Assembly (NCBI GenBank): GCA_027604505.1
Contig: JADIIX010000011.1
Location: 186,001 to 250,000 of the forward strand
From: Gonapodya sp. JEL0774
Lineage: Eukaryota
Direction: 5' to 3'
Length of the DNA: 64,000 nt
The number at the start of each line of letters is the position of its first letter. Position 1 is the stretch's first letter. Made by a program: the position numbers and the translations under genes. Positions 35,903 to 49,189 of this stretch are shown in pieces. The notes under the pieces were generated by a model. The model saw only the letters and a list, made by a program, of their open reading frames with translations. It had not been told where the DNA came from and ran no database searches.

Positions 35903-37376
35903 ATGCTGATCGAGAGATTGCAGGTGAACGCTGGGTCCTAGGATTACTTACATTTCCAAAATCTGGCAATCATAGTTTCTTCTCAAGGCAATTCAAGTTA
36001 TCCGACAGCAAGTAGTGAGCAACCTGAATCAAGAAAGCCCTGCGTCTTCGTTTTTCGTGGAAGGAGACACCTCTCCACTGAGAACTACATCACTGTATCC
36101 CGACAATCCATCACTTGGAACCGGGTTTCCTCTCGTACCTGTTGTCACCCTGATTCGAGAGGCAACCGCCCAATGTCCACTTTGTTTGAGAATACTGACT
36201 TGTGTAACAGAGGAAATCGATTGGGATCTTGACCAATCCACACTCGTTTACACACAGCGAGAATCAAGGCCCCCCGTTACACAATCATTTTGTCCATTCG
36301 TGACTCACTTTCGCGAGGATCACGAACTGTCGCCGGAGATTTGTCCTGATGGGTTGTATAAGTACAAGTGTCCCATGCCCGAATGTCAGCGAAGGGATGT
36401 AAAAAAACACAATCTTTACTCTCATCGTAAGTTTAAGGAACATTGTAGTTGTGTTGAAACACTATTAGAGAAGTTTTATGCTTTGCAGTCCTCACCGAAG
36501 CACATCATGGAGCCAACAAGCATTTCGTTTGCTCCCCTTGCAAAACAGTTTCTTTCCGTGACAGAGATGCAGCGTTAAAACACTTCCGTGACACGCACCA
36601 CATGGCTCCTCGCGCCGAACGTAAGTAGCGTTGGTATGATGTAATTCCGTGTGGATGACAGTTGTTTTCAAACGCAGCCCGTCAAAAAACAAGATCTTCA
36701 GTGGCTCATGGTCACGGTGGTCGACGACTAGTCGGGCCAAATTCATTTGGTGAGTTTTGGAGAGTGTTCCTTGACTAGATAGACCCGTGTTGACTAATCT
36801 CGTGGTCCCTACAGCTCGCTCCCTTCCTCGCACAATCATCACCCGCCGTTCATCAAACACTTCCTCGTCTTCCACACACCTTTCGGTCTCAACTAAATCT
36901 GGCATGGGTTTCATGGGGCTGACTTCGCCACGTTCAAGTTTCACATCTCATTCTTGTGAGTTCTTGTGGCTTTCTCGCATTCCGTAGTGGTCTGTGAATT
37001 AATGTACATTTATCAATTTATTCATTTGGCATCAGCTCTGCTATCAAGCTCAGTAGTTTCAGAAGAGGAAATCAGCTTGCATGGTTCCGGCTATCTTAGC
37101 CCTGACGCACCGACAAAGGGTATGAATGTTGGGGGTGAAGAGCGCAAAGAATGGGACGTTTTCTTCGGCTGCTCAAGCGCTTACATTGACTCCGAAATGG
37201 ACAGCGCAGCTCTTGAAACCTCAAATTCACTCTCAGATTATGTCATCCCAGGTGTGGACAATGCTGATGAGTGGCAGGAATGCAACGTAGTGGAAAGCAG
37301 AAGTCAAAATGTCAGGCCGGCGACACTAGACTCCTGGAACCCGTCGCTGCATCGGAATTCCCCAAAGAGAGTGTAA
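35903..37376 (+). CDS. Zinc-finger protein B, paralogue of protein A
   Basis: YKCPMPECQRRDVKKHNLYSH|LLTEAHHGANKHFVCSPCKTVSFRDRDAALKHFRDTH across intron 36427-36488; acidic C-terminal ORF 36966-37376; start 35903 tentative. Confidence 0.68.
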
Positions 37377-37859
37377 GTTGTAGGAGAGTTCAGACTCAAG
37401 GTGCTTTTGTTTTACATATTATTATACTCCAAAAATACAATTTCGCACAAAAGTGAGTCAGGAGCAACGCTACATATATAACGGCGGGCACAGTAATACT
37501 CTCTGAAAAAAAGATGATCAGTTAGGTTTATCTGCTTGTGGGTGTGAAGCTTTTTAATCACCGTGAACCGCATTGACTCCCGAGTTGCGTCGCTCACCAG
37601 TTGAATTTATTGTGGTGCTTGACAGGTTGATTCAACAACTTCACTTTAAGAGCACGTGCAAACGGTCCTTCGGACGAAACAAATTTCATAAGCACCTTTG
37701 AAATCATACTTCGGGAACTACATCGCAACTCGCACCTCGATTCGCAATTCCAAATGGACGTTTCACCGGTGTCGGATATTTCCTGCTAGTCCGCGGTCGC
37801 TCCTCTTCAATAAGACAATAATCGTTGAGCCAAGCTTCGTAGGAATTCTTCAGGGATAT

Positions 37860-39125
37860 CTACGGACTTTTGTTGGAATGTAATGGGGCACATATCTTCA
37901 AGTGTCTGATTGCAGTATCCCGATCACGTAACCCTCGCTTGCAGTGGGTGCAATGCAGGTGGTACTTGAGAACTGAGTGTTGTTCCTCTGGAATACACAA
38001 TCGATGAGGGTCATTGATGACTTCCATTAAGCACTTTGCACGCTTTTTCACATACCGCGCAAAACATGTTTTGAACTCAATAAACCATTAGAGAGCCATT
38101 CATTCATGTCTTCGTGAACTGACATGAAATAGTCCACACCTGGTGCAAACTTAGGAACTGCGAAACCGCTGATTACATGGGAACGCTCTGAAGTACCAAA
38201 ACGACCTTGCATACCGGAGTTTGTGAACTGTTCAGGACACCTCCACCACTTCAAACCTTCTCCCTTCAATAACTTGAAGACATCTACATCGTCCGCAACG
38301 AAGGACACGATGAAATCAACGCAACACAGCAGTTCGAGAGATCTGTGCCGAAGAACCAACCGCGCAAATCCAGCAATGTTGGGGGTGTGTTATCTTGAAA
38401 AGTGTTCGAGAGCAGTGGAGGCATATAGACACGAGTGGCGTTTGTGTATGAGCACAGGTTCTCTATTACGCTAATCGGTAAAAGAGATCCTCCAGAGAGG
38501 CAGCCACAGAGTTATTCCAGACCCACCATTTTCGTCACAAGTGTAGATGCTCCATATAGCCAAACCAAAAGAAATCCGGGAAACATCTGTCGGCCCATTG
38601 AAAGAGCCCAAGGATTCAAACAAGACACTCTACAAAGCAACAAGCGTTCATTGATTGTAAATTAAACGAAAATCAGCGGATCATACCTCTTCGTGGAGAC
38701 TTCGTGGTTGGTGTTTCACACAGATGCCGGTCATCGCCCTGAACAAAATCATTAAGTCATTAAGAGTATCAAGCATGTGTTGATTGATGTGAGCTCGAGA
38801 ATCTAATTGCATTAGGCGTTCAACGTTGCTGCTCTGAAAACGGGGGTTCTTGAATCATAAATGCTGAAGGGCATGACGACTGTGATATGTACCTTCCACT
38901 CTACCAGTGATGTTCCCAAGAACGGTGTCATCCAGTCAACGTATTTGCAACTTTCTGGTTCGATTGTGGTGGGAGCTGCGCCATGTTGAACATAAACTGA
39001 TTGCTCAAATAGGTGGGCTTTGCTGTGGGGCAGATGGCTGGACTTATCTCGAATAAGCGATCTTGTCCAACCACATGATCACTTATTGCGCTGGCCTCAG
39101 ACGGCTTGGTAATCTCAGGCGTCAT
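37860..39125 (-). CDS. Possible zinc-finger protein C (C2HC finger); structure uncertain, may be degenerate
   Basis: LHCTHCKRGLRDRDTAIRHLKIC in ORF 37860-38051; further minus-strand ORFs 38048-38359 and 38928-39125. Confidence 0.4.
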
Positions 39126-39451
39126 TTTATATACTAGTCATCATAAATCACATTAGCAGGATAGTAGTAAAACAATAGTTGCTCATCCACGTCGCCGTGT
39201 TCGACGCTCTTCAAAGTCCGAGCACTACCCTTTGAAAAATGCAAAAACAAGCCATCCTTTCAATGCTTGCGTCCATTATCTTCTTCTTGGAGTGAACACT
39301 GTCGATTGTATGGTGGTGGGTTGGCGAGGTGGTGCTGGCACAAGTTTGGTGGGCAGAAAACAAGACTCCAAAGTGGTTCAAGATTCGTACTTTCGCCCTG
39401 TCGTCTTTTCGCCCTTTTTCCCCTTTGCCTATTTCATCCTGCCCTCCCCGA

Positions 39452-42400
39452 ATGGGCCCTCAATTGTCCCACGCTGAACTGACCGCCCTCCGCGATGAAT
39501 TTAAGTCGGGTCTGGAAGACTTGACACAGAATGTTCGACCTCTCATTCTCGCTCTCACAACGGTGGCACAAGAGAATCAGCAGGCTGCGCCAATTATCGT
39601 AGAAGCTATTGAGGACCGAATTCGAACGGTGCGTGTTGACGGAGCGGTCGCCCCATAACAAATCCCCTTGCAGCCATCCCAAAGCAGCAGCAAGGAGCGA
39701 TGAATCTATTAAAGCCGTCTTCAAGGATGGCATTTTGAGCGAGGGGTGCCAACGGAAGGGTACAACACGCCCACACAAGTCATTTCGAGGAACTGCTCAA
39801 TTTTCAGTTTCAAAGCTTAGGGTCTATCAGCTGTGTGCCACCACCTCTTTCTCAATGACTCCACATACCTGTTGTCTCTTTGAACATCGATACCCCACCT
39901 CCCAGGCACCCGCACCCCAAAAACTCCCATCCCTCTACCTCATTGACTCTATCTGTAAGCTCATCGGCCCGCCGTATCCCCCCCTCTTCTCTCGCAACAT
40001 CGTCGCTGTCTTCTCTTCCGCCTACGCATCTGTTGATCCTGAGACACGAGACAGAATGGAGAAAATGATTGGTACATGGGGTCCGCAGAGACTACCCGGC
40101 ATAGGAGGCGGCATGACGCCAGGGGTGTTTGGGAAGGAGGTTATTGGCAGGTTGCAGGGGGTGGTGAGAGGATTCAAGGAGGCCGAGTGGAGAGAGTCGG
40201 AGGCGGTAGGCCGGGGCAATTCATGGACTGGTGGCTTTGGACGAGCAGGCAACAGCACCACTACACCTTTACCTGGTCTTGGCGCCACCATGGGCGTGAA
40301 CTGGGATTCTTCGGGTTCTGGGTTGCTTCCAAGCTTGAGTGGTATTGGTGTAAGTATCCACTGATCGCTCCTGTCTTTTGAATACTTGATCTAACTGGCT
40401 ACTTCTTTTCTCCGTTCGCAGCGGCACCCGTCTCGTTCCCCCACACCTCCGTCATTCCGAGCGTTCCAGAACAGGGATAGCCCGCCCCCTATGGCAGATG
40501 TTGGCGGCAGAAGTGCGAGTTACGATGGAAATGCAGTTGGGCGATTCGCAACTGGATTATCGAGCGTGAACAACAGCATTAGCGGAGGTGGAGGGGGGTT
40601 CAGACTAGAAGTAGGGGATAGTGTTGGAAGAGGAACCGGCTTAGGCACGGGTACAGGTTACAGCGCGGGTGCGGGGGTGAGTATTACTTCGAGCAGTGAC
40701 GCGGGACGTGCTGGTTCGCGGGGGTACTCCGGTTATTCGAGTATGAGGATGGGAGGGATCTGGACTGAGGTGAGTTGGACAGGTTATGTGGTTTGCGGGA
40801 GGGGTGGGGTTGATTTTCAAGGAGGTGGGGGCTAGGGACCAGGAGTATGATGGAGGAGTCGAGAAGGCCCTGAGCTTTGGAGGCCGACGAGGGCCTCGGG
40901 ACAGTTGGAATTTATTTTTATTCGCACATGCACAAAAAAGACTTTACATGCACTGCGCCTTCCAGAGAGCAAATTGACAACGAGAACACAGAGCAAAAAA
41001 AATCAAACAACAAAAGAGGATAAGAGTAGGAACAAGAACGAGAAGCATCCCCCCCGAAAAAAAGATATTCAGGCAGCTGACAGAAACAGAAAAGTCTCGC
41101 GCGAACAAAGGTTCGAGGGGGCGTTGACATCAGAGTTTGCAAGAGTGATTCTAGGTCCGGGAGAGGTGTTCAGGATTTTTGCCGTAGAATTTAGCTCTTC
41201 TAGCTCGTTTTCATACTAGTTTTTATCCCTTTTCCGAGTTGTTTGGTCGTGCGGTGTGGTTTTGTGCCTGACTCTTATTGGAGGAGTTCCCACGGTGGCA
41301 CACTTCTGTTGGAACTCTTCGACACGCACATACGTTATTTTTCTTACTATTCCACATCTCCAATCTACCCCTACACCCTCTCTATTATTGCTTCCCTCTT
41401 ATGCGATACTCGTCATGGCGGCAGATCAGATCTTGGAGCTCGCATTAAACCATCTAGTCTCGCCTTGCTTGGTGTTTCTGTTGGCTTTCTGCTCTCATCA
41501 CATTCCACCTGGTTCCTTTCCTCACTCTCACACAGCTCTTCCCGCCATACCCTTATCCCCCACAAGTTTCCCGATCCCTCGAGCCCGTAGTGGACACCGG
41601 GCTATTAGATCTAGAGCTTAGAGCATTAATGGAGGCTAAAAGTGCCATGGCACGGAGTTATCCGCAAGGGAGAGGGGAGGGACCCCAGTTGGTGGCGTTA
41701 GAAGGGGTGAGTTATTTTCTGTTGGTGTGGAATTTGAGCGAGTTTGTGGAAGGAGATGGTGGTGGATGTGATAGTGAAGCGTCGTACCATCACGGATCGG
41801 GGAGGAAGTTTGGATCGGTGTTCGTTTCTGGGGTGACCACTCTCGCCAGACAACTCGCTCATGTTACCCGACACTTCATCCACGCACACAGCTTTACAAA
41901 CTTCTCCACTCCAATACACTTGACAATGCTTCACTTGTCGTTATAGCCACACAAATCCATGACGTATTCATCTCGACATTTCCATCTGCCGCAGCAACGG
42001 CTTTACATCCGGTGCAAGTGCCACCACCTGCACCGACTTTGCCGCCTCCACTACCGTCTCTGCCGGGTCTCCCGGGTCTCGGACTTGCTGGTGGCGTGCC
42101 GATTGGCGTGGGGTCGGTCTCTGGGATCGTGCCTGGTTTAAACGGGGTCGCAACACCGCCTACTGTTCCTGGCTTAGTAGGCTCCATCTCTGCGGCTGGA
42201 GGCGCAGCGGCCGCGCTGGCTGCGGTTGCGGCCGCGTGGCCTGGTGCCAGAGGAACCACTCCGACAATGGACACTGTGACGGATGAGGGAGGTTGGGACA
42301 AGATGGAGAAGGACACGACGAGCTTGCCGGGGAAAGAGAGATATAGAGTGAGGATGACCACCGAGGATATCAATAGGTGGGTTGGATCGCAGGCAAAGTT

Positions 42401-43201
42401 CCTCAAACGATGCTAGGCGTAACTAACTTGCTGGGAGATCACAGGCGACGTGAGCCCCCCCCATTCCATCTTCTGTATAATGTTCTTTCTATTCAATGCC
42501 GACAGTGCGGGTTCCGCTTCCTACCGTCCGAAGACGGCAAGCAGCGATACTCCGCCCACCTCGACTGGCACTTCCGACAGAACCGCCGTGCTCGAGAAAA
42601 GACGCGCAAGATCGTCGGTAGAGACTGGTACCTACCAGAGGACGACTGGGTGAACACGAGAGAACTCGCAGCGGTAGAGGAGAAGAATCCATTCGATGGC
42701 GCACCTGGCGCTGGAGGTCCTGTCGGATTCGAAAAAGACGATCTGGGAAAAAAGGAACCCGAAGCGCCACAGCCGAGTATAAAAGCACCGGAAGACGATG
42801 CGGTAATTGCGGCGGGATGTCCCATATGTGGGGAGAAGCTGGAAAAATATTGGGATGAGGATGGCGAAGAGTGGATGGTGAGAAATGCAGTTTGGGTGGA
42901 CGGAAAGGTGAGCAGATCTATTAAGCAGTACTTACCGAACGTGTTTCTGAGTATCACAAGCCGCAATTTGTATGCCTTGGTTCCTCACAACAAGGTTGTC
43001 CACGCAAAGTGTAACGCCGACCGAATAGTTCGGCTTTTGCAACAACAGTCCTCAACAGAGCACCCCGAACGATCAAGCACCCCTCTTGGAAGTGTCAAAA
43101 TGGATGATAGGTCGCGAGGACTGAGTCCCGGCCCTGGCATCCTTGGAAAGCGAAAGGCGGATGATGGTATGGAGGCAGGGGTGAAGAAAGAGAAGATCTG
43201 A
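39452..43201 (+). CDS. PCF11: mRNA 3'-end processing factor Pcf11
   Basis: CID domain (EFKSGLEDLTQNVRPLILALTTVAQEN, QKLPSLYLIDSICK); zinc fingers QCRQCGFRF..HLDWHFRQNRR and CPICGEKLEKYWDEDGEEWMVRNAV..VHAKC. Confidence 0.95.
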
Positions 43202-43495
43202 GGCATCTGTTTTGCCATCGTGAGTGCGAAGCGGAATATATTTTGCATGTAGAAGCAGAACTCCGTGTATTGACAAATTGAAATACTGTACAAATTGATG
43301 CAAAGAAGAGACTGCAAGTTCCCGTTTTGAGGGTATTTTTCGGGGGGTTGTAATCCGCTGTGAGGATCGTAGGAAATTCCGTTTTCTGTCTCCAGATTCC
43401 ACGAATAATAGTGCTGGGTGCTGGTGCTATTTTACATGCACAAAGTGAATGGAGTCCCCAATTCCTAACCGGTTGACGATACGACCATGCTGAGA

Positions 43496-44277
43496 TTATG
43501 GATATGGGCCACAAGATCGGGTTTCGCCCAAATGCCAATCACCCGGTGACTCGATAGGCTGGTCATTGTCTTTCCAATGGTCGAAAAAGTCTGGGAACTC
43601 GGACTCCGTTGGAGAAGCCACCAATAATACATTTAAAACTCTGGGTATCTCAATCGGTGATAGTGGTGGCGTATAATTGAGTGTATTTGGTGGAGTTGCG
43701 GGGTTGCATGAAGAGGAGTAAAGTAATGGCGGAGTGGACTGTTCGGAGAATGCATCTGTTGCAAATGACAATGATGGAGGAGATTCATCAATAAAGTCGA
43801 TGACGGCTGTCTGCTCTTCAAAATAGCTGTCCGGAGATGGCAATTTCAGGTCAAAAACCGAGCCGTGGGCATTTCTCAGTCTGGTGGTTCTGATGATTGA
43901 GGGAACAAACCATGAATGCAGAAACAGTGCGTCCCCAACCAAAACCCCAGTATCTCACCTACTCAAAAAATAAGCATAAGGCGTCATTGCAGTGACTGCT
44001 GAACGAAATGGCACCGGGGTAGACGACCGTCCCAATTCCGATGATGTCTCCTCCTCCAGCGTAACTGATGTCCACGAAAAGGAGCTGCTCACGCCGCAGT
44101 CTAGCGTAGCCGTTGAAGAGGGAGATGAAGGAGTCTTCGGAATTTCATCCGGAGCCAAGAGTGCAGCATCCGTGTTCTATTCAAAGTTTTGTCAATTCAA
44201 ATGGTTCGAGGGCCACCAGGACAATCATCACCTCACTCAACTCACCCTGCAAGACTCTGAACAATAAAGGTCTCCAT
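43496..44277 (-). CDS. Possible Ser/Pro/acidic hypothetical protein, spliced
   Basis: Minus-strand ORFs 43955-44158 and 43496-43942 linked by GT-AG segments; putative first exon METFIVQSLAG at 44277; no domain recognised. Confidence 0.4.
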
Positions 44278-44989
44278 CCGGAACCCTAAGAGAGCATTTG
44301 ATACACCAGTTCAGGTCCATGAATGAATTGCGAGTCTCGGAGGGAGGAGTGGCGTCCCCAGTCAAGAGTGGAATCCCCCGTTCGCTTCGTCTTTCGATCA
44401 GAGCCGACTATGTAGCCTGTCGACTTCCGAGCTCAAAAAATTTACTGTCTTGCGAATGAGCTGTGAGTTTTGACAAAACAAAGCAAATCGGAGGTTGCAC
44501 TTGTTCCATTTGTGGGATTCATTGGCTGGCCGTGGCGCGCCACGCACAAATCATGCGAAGACATGTTGTGTCTCCCATCCTTTTTCGTTGCAACCAACTA
44601 TTGATCAATTGGTTGGCGTCACTGGCGGCGCTTGGTTCACCACCTAGTCAATGAAACTCAAGGGGGACTTCGAGTTCAGCTTCCATGTTATGTCTTCAGC
44701 CATTTTTATATGGATGCAACAATCAATGTTTGCTCAGAATACAATCTCCCAGTGCGTGGGCTGGAGCAGTCTGAAAAATAGTAATCTCTACCAAAACTAC
44801 AGCTCGTGTTTTTATCACTCCCAACACGCCTTCTCCGCTGATTCTCGACATAAAACGTAATACAATATTTCGACATGAGCATATTCAGCTTGCTTAGCGT
44901 ATTGGATCAGCCTTGGAGCTCCGTGGAGCTCTACTGAAGTTGACCACAGTCTCGGATTCTTGTATACATTCCCGTGTACTTTAATCGAA

Positions 44990-47964
44990 ATGTCTCGACA
45001 AGTTCGAAAGATTCTCAAGGAAAAGGAACGTGCACGAATTAGCGCCGAAGGCCCGACCGAGCATGAAAGTGAAGAAGATGAGGCAGTGAAACCAAAGGCC
45101 AATCTTTTCACCCTTGTAGGTTCTGAATGGAATATCGCCCAATTGGAGACGATTCTAAACATAAACACCTGTTGAATGAAATTAACACCTTGATTCTACG
45201 TTCTTCTTCGGATCTGGATTTCTGTATATGACGTAGTTAAATGTGGGAGGTGAAGAAGGTAGTTCCAATTCAGAGGAGCTGACGATGAAGCAGGCGGACG
45301 ACACTAACGTGGATGAAACTAGAGAGGATAGGGAATCACCTGCTTTGACGGTGGGTTCGACTCGTACTACCCACTGTTGGCGGCTCCTGAATTCCAGTTG
45401 CTGGCCATCACCTCAACAGTCATCTCAATCTAAATCGACAACCTCAAACAAAAGTAGGAAGAAGAAGAAGAAGGGTAAGGTTAGAACATCAGGAAACGCC
45501 CCGGAGCCAGCATCTGTACGGGAAGCCCAAGGTGGGGAAGAAGAGGAGGATGAGATTGATCGCGCAGTACGCGAATTGAATGCCAAGTGAGTAAGTCACC
45601 CGACTTACGCTCTAGGTCTTCCAATGACTGATGTTAGCATGCAGGCTGGGTCCAATGGTCGTCAAGTCCCCTCCCCCCACATCTTCCGCAGCGCGGCCAT
45701 CTGTTTTCCTGAAGTACCGATCCTTGCTTTCCGCCAGTCCCAAATATCTCGACCCTGAAGCCGACTTGCGCCGCCTGCTGGGACAGAATTTCGATGACGG
45801 TGCTCACCGGCGCCGTGGTGCACGGCCAGCGCCTGCGGGTGTTCGCGGAGCACCAACGCGTATGAAGAAGACGGTGCTGGTGAAGCTCAATCAAGAGTGG
45901 CCAAGGTTAGAGAGGCTTGGTCTGGAGATGGAGTTGGTCACCACCGTGGGCGAGGTGAACGTGTTCGGGTACTCCCACGGCTCAAAGTACATGGAGATTG
46001 AGAAGGCGTTCATAAGCGCAGTGTGTGAGTTCAACTCTGACAACTGTCTGGATAACGGGGTGAGGGAGAACCCCCACGAAAACTAATTTCCAACAATACT
46101 ACGTTTCATGTTACAGATTCGTTCGACCCCAATCCTCTCGCGAACATTGTTCGAAGACACCCTTATCACGTGTCAACACTTCTACAATTATCTGAAGTGT
46201 ACCGACATTCAGGCGACGCACAAACTGCGGTCGATCTTCTTGGTGGGGTACACTGAGTGACCACTGCTACAATAGTGAAACTCTCCAACTCCTCCTTCCC
46301 GCATTCCCAGAACGCGCAATATTTTCTCTGGAATATGCCTTCCACCCCCGATTCGCACCATTCACACTTTCTTCTGCAAACGCCGGGTCAGCCACAAGCA
46401 CGACCACCTCATCTCACCCCACACTTCCTTATTCCAATCCACTCAACCGCATATTCTACATCGCGCTCTGCAAGCACGCACAGGCCCTTTCTCGAGGTTC
46501 TCGCCACCGGACGGCGCTCGAAGTCGCCAAGCTAATGCTGAGCACGTCGATTGTCGCTGGACCGGTTGGTGGAACGATACCCATAGATGCCTCCACTGCC
46601 GTATGGGGAGATGATGGATGGGATCCGTTGGGTTTTTGGAACTTTTTGGATGCCTTAGCACTGAGAGCGGGAGAGGGGAAATGGTTCGTGGACCTGTGCG
46701 CGGCGCTCGACGAGACAGCCGAGGCGTGGTCGAAAGCGCTCGAACAGCACGAAGACCAGAACTGGACCGAAGTTGAGAAAAGTGTTGCGCGGACGGCGGT
46801 GATGCTCAGGCTGCTGCCTAATATGGTCATCGGACGGGCTGCCGCAACCTTTCGTTTCGAAGAGGAGGAGTCCAAGGGACATGGCGAAAGTACCAAGTTA
46901 CTTGTAGGTGAGTGGGCGGTAGTGTTCTAAGCTAAGTGTCGTCTCTGTGCCGGTTTAGACACACTGTTCTGTGACAGATGCCCTCAAAGAGTATCCCATG
47001 GTTATCCCCTTGTTGTATGATAAATTGGAAATTCATGATGAGGAGCCATCGGTCGCTATCATCAGGGAGGAAATTGCGAGCATCGATGCCAAGTGAGTCG
47101 AGGACTGTTCACCGCGTTCGCAAACGCGAATCTTGGAGAATGAAAATGTGGATGCGTGATAGTGCAAACGTTTGTGAATGCACTAATCCAACTCATCCAA
47201 CTCCCTCATTTTCCCAAAATGACTTCATCTCCCAAAATTCGCATTCGCTATATGACCTCCTCGCCTCACCTCTTGTTGCCACGCACTGGTCTGATTCAAC
47301 ATATAGGAACCCAACCTCCGTTGCTGGTCGGACCCTTCGCTATTGCAAGGCTTACGCGACGCTCTCGCACAGCATTTGGTCCGCACCCGCGCAGCTTTCG
47401 TTCTTGCGCTCGGCGACCTCCCAACTTTTTGCAGCGAACCCACACCTCAGAGCCAGCGCTACAGCGCCAAGACCCATGCATACTAAAGAGCCCTCCTCCT
47501 TCCACCGATTCCTCTTTCTGACGGACGACGCTACACTCCAAGCGCTGATCCCTGAACAGCTTCTGGCACGCGGTATGCTATTACACGATCCTTTGCCTCC
47601 AGCGAGAATTCGTTCTCCATACGACGAGTTCCTGGAATTAAACGGCTTGGGCATCGCCCCACCGGGGGGTTGGGACCGGACTGAGGCCGAGGAAGCGGAT
47701 GGTGACAACACTGGCATCGCTGAAAGCCCGCAGAATCAGCCCGAGTTTGGCGTTGCGGCCGACGTACCTGCTGGTGCTTCTGAGCGCTCCCCGGCAGGTG
47801 TACTGAACTCAGTGCAGAACTTGATGCGGTGGTTTAGGGGCGGTGGGACAGCAGAAGCGCTCAGGTCGCTCAATTTGTGGAGGAATGAGGGCGACCCAGG
47901 AAATGAAGACGACGAAGCAGAGACGGAGTCGGACAATTTTGAGTCGTTTGACGAAGATGAATGA
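44990..47964 (+). CDS. RQC1: Ribosome quality control subunit Rqc1 / TCF25 (Nulp1, DUF654)
   Basis: MSRQVRKILKEKE start; KYLDPEADLRRLLG; SFDPNPLANIVRRHPYHVSTLLQLSEV..DLLERAIFSLEYAFHPRF; WDPLG; LHDPLPP. Confidence 0.88.
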
Positions 47965-49189
47965 GATTTATCGTGAGTCTACAAGCAATGTCATTGGAAG
48001 CATGCTCTTAATTTAGAAAGAATACATGCCGTGACTGTCCTTCGAGGGACGAAGTACATACATACACGTAGTACTAACAGCCATGTCACCAGTCCACTTA
48101 TTATTTACAGCATGCTGGGAATAGTGGTCAACAAACGTATATGTAATGGGAAAGGGGGTGGTGGGAAGGAACCTGACGACAGGCTGATGCAACGGATTTG
48201 CTTCCATTTTGCTTCCATTGATTCGTTTGCTTCCTTGACTTATTGCGCCTTCAACAATTTTTTCGCCGTGCAGGGTCCACGCGGTCCGCTGACAACCATT
48301 GCCTGACCGTGCCTTCAGCCCTTCTCCTTCTCCCAGCAACGAAACTCTTCTCACACATTCGTCCACTTCCAGACACAGAGTCACAGAGCACCGCTCTTTG
48401 CGCATCTCATACTCAAAAGCTTCTACCGTCCTCGCCAGACTCTGCTGCTTCTCTCATTTTCTTCGTTACCTGTCTCAGTCTTTCCCCCTTCAACTTTTGT
48501 ATGGCGGAAAGTTGTTGCCCTTGATAATCCAGCTATATCTTTCAACAATCATCACTGAGATACTCGTGTATCTTCCTCTTCTAAAGTAATCTATCTGAAG
48601 GTGTGTGTCAGTAACGCGTTCTGAACAGTCTGTTGTGTTGCCACGTGTCGGGTGCGAATACACCACACATCAGACCATGCATTACTCCGAATCTCTCGTG
48701 ATTTGCCACACTTTCGCTCGTATATCTCACGCATTTTCTTGCATCCGTTGTACAATTCGGCAATCCGCAGCATCTGTTCCCCCGATTCCGAAACACCGCC
48801 TCTGCGGCACCTCATTCCCCACCTCAATCCCAGCCCCTCAATACCTGAGCGGGCACTCGCACAGTACAGGAACTACTCTTAATCCTCTTTCCCGCGGCAA
48901 GCCGGACAGCACGGTCCTACCGCCACCTTCCTTCACTTCCCCTCACTGGAACATCGCTGTTCTGGTTCCGCCTACGCGCTTAAGCACTTTATCTCTCCCG
49001 CACCTCTCCGTATTTTCGAGTCTCTTGGACCAGCTCCTCGCTTTTCCTTAGACTTTCCTTACATCGGCAACTGTCGACGCAACTTTTCCCTCAGACTAAG
49101 CTCTTCGGCCTCCGTGTCTCGCCCCAGAAGCACATAAATAGCATCTGGGCTATTTCTCGTACGAAGCAAAGTACCCGCGCCAGCGTTTT

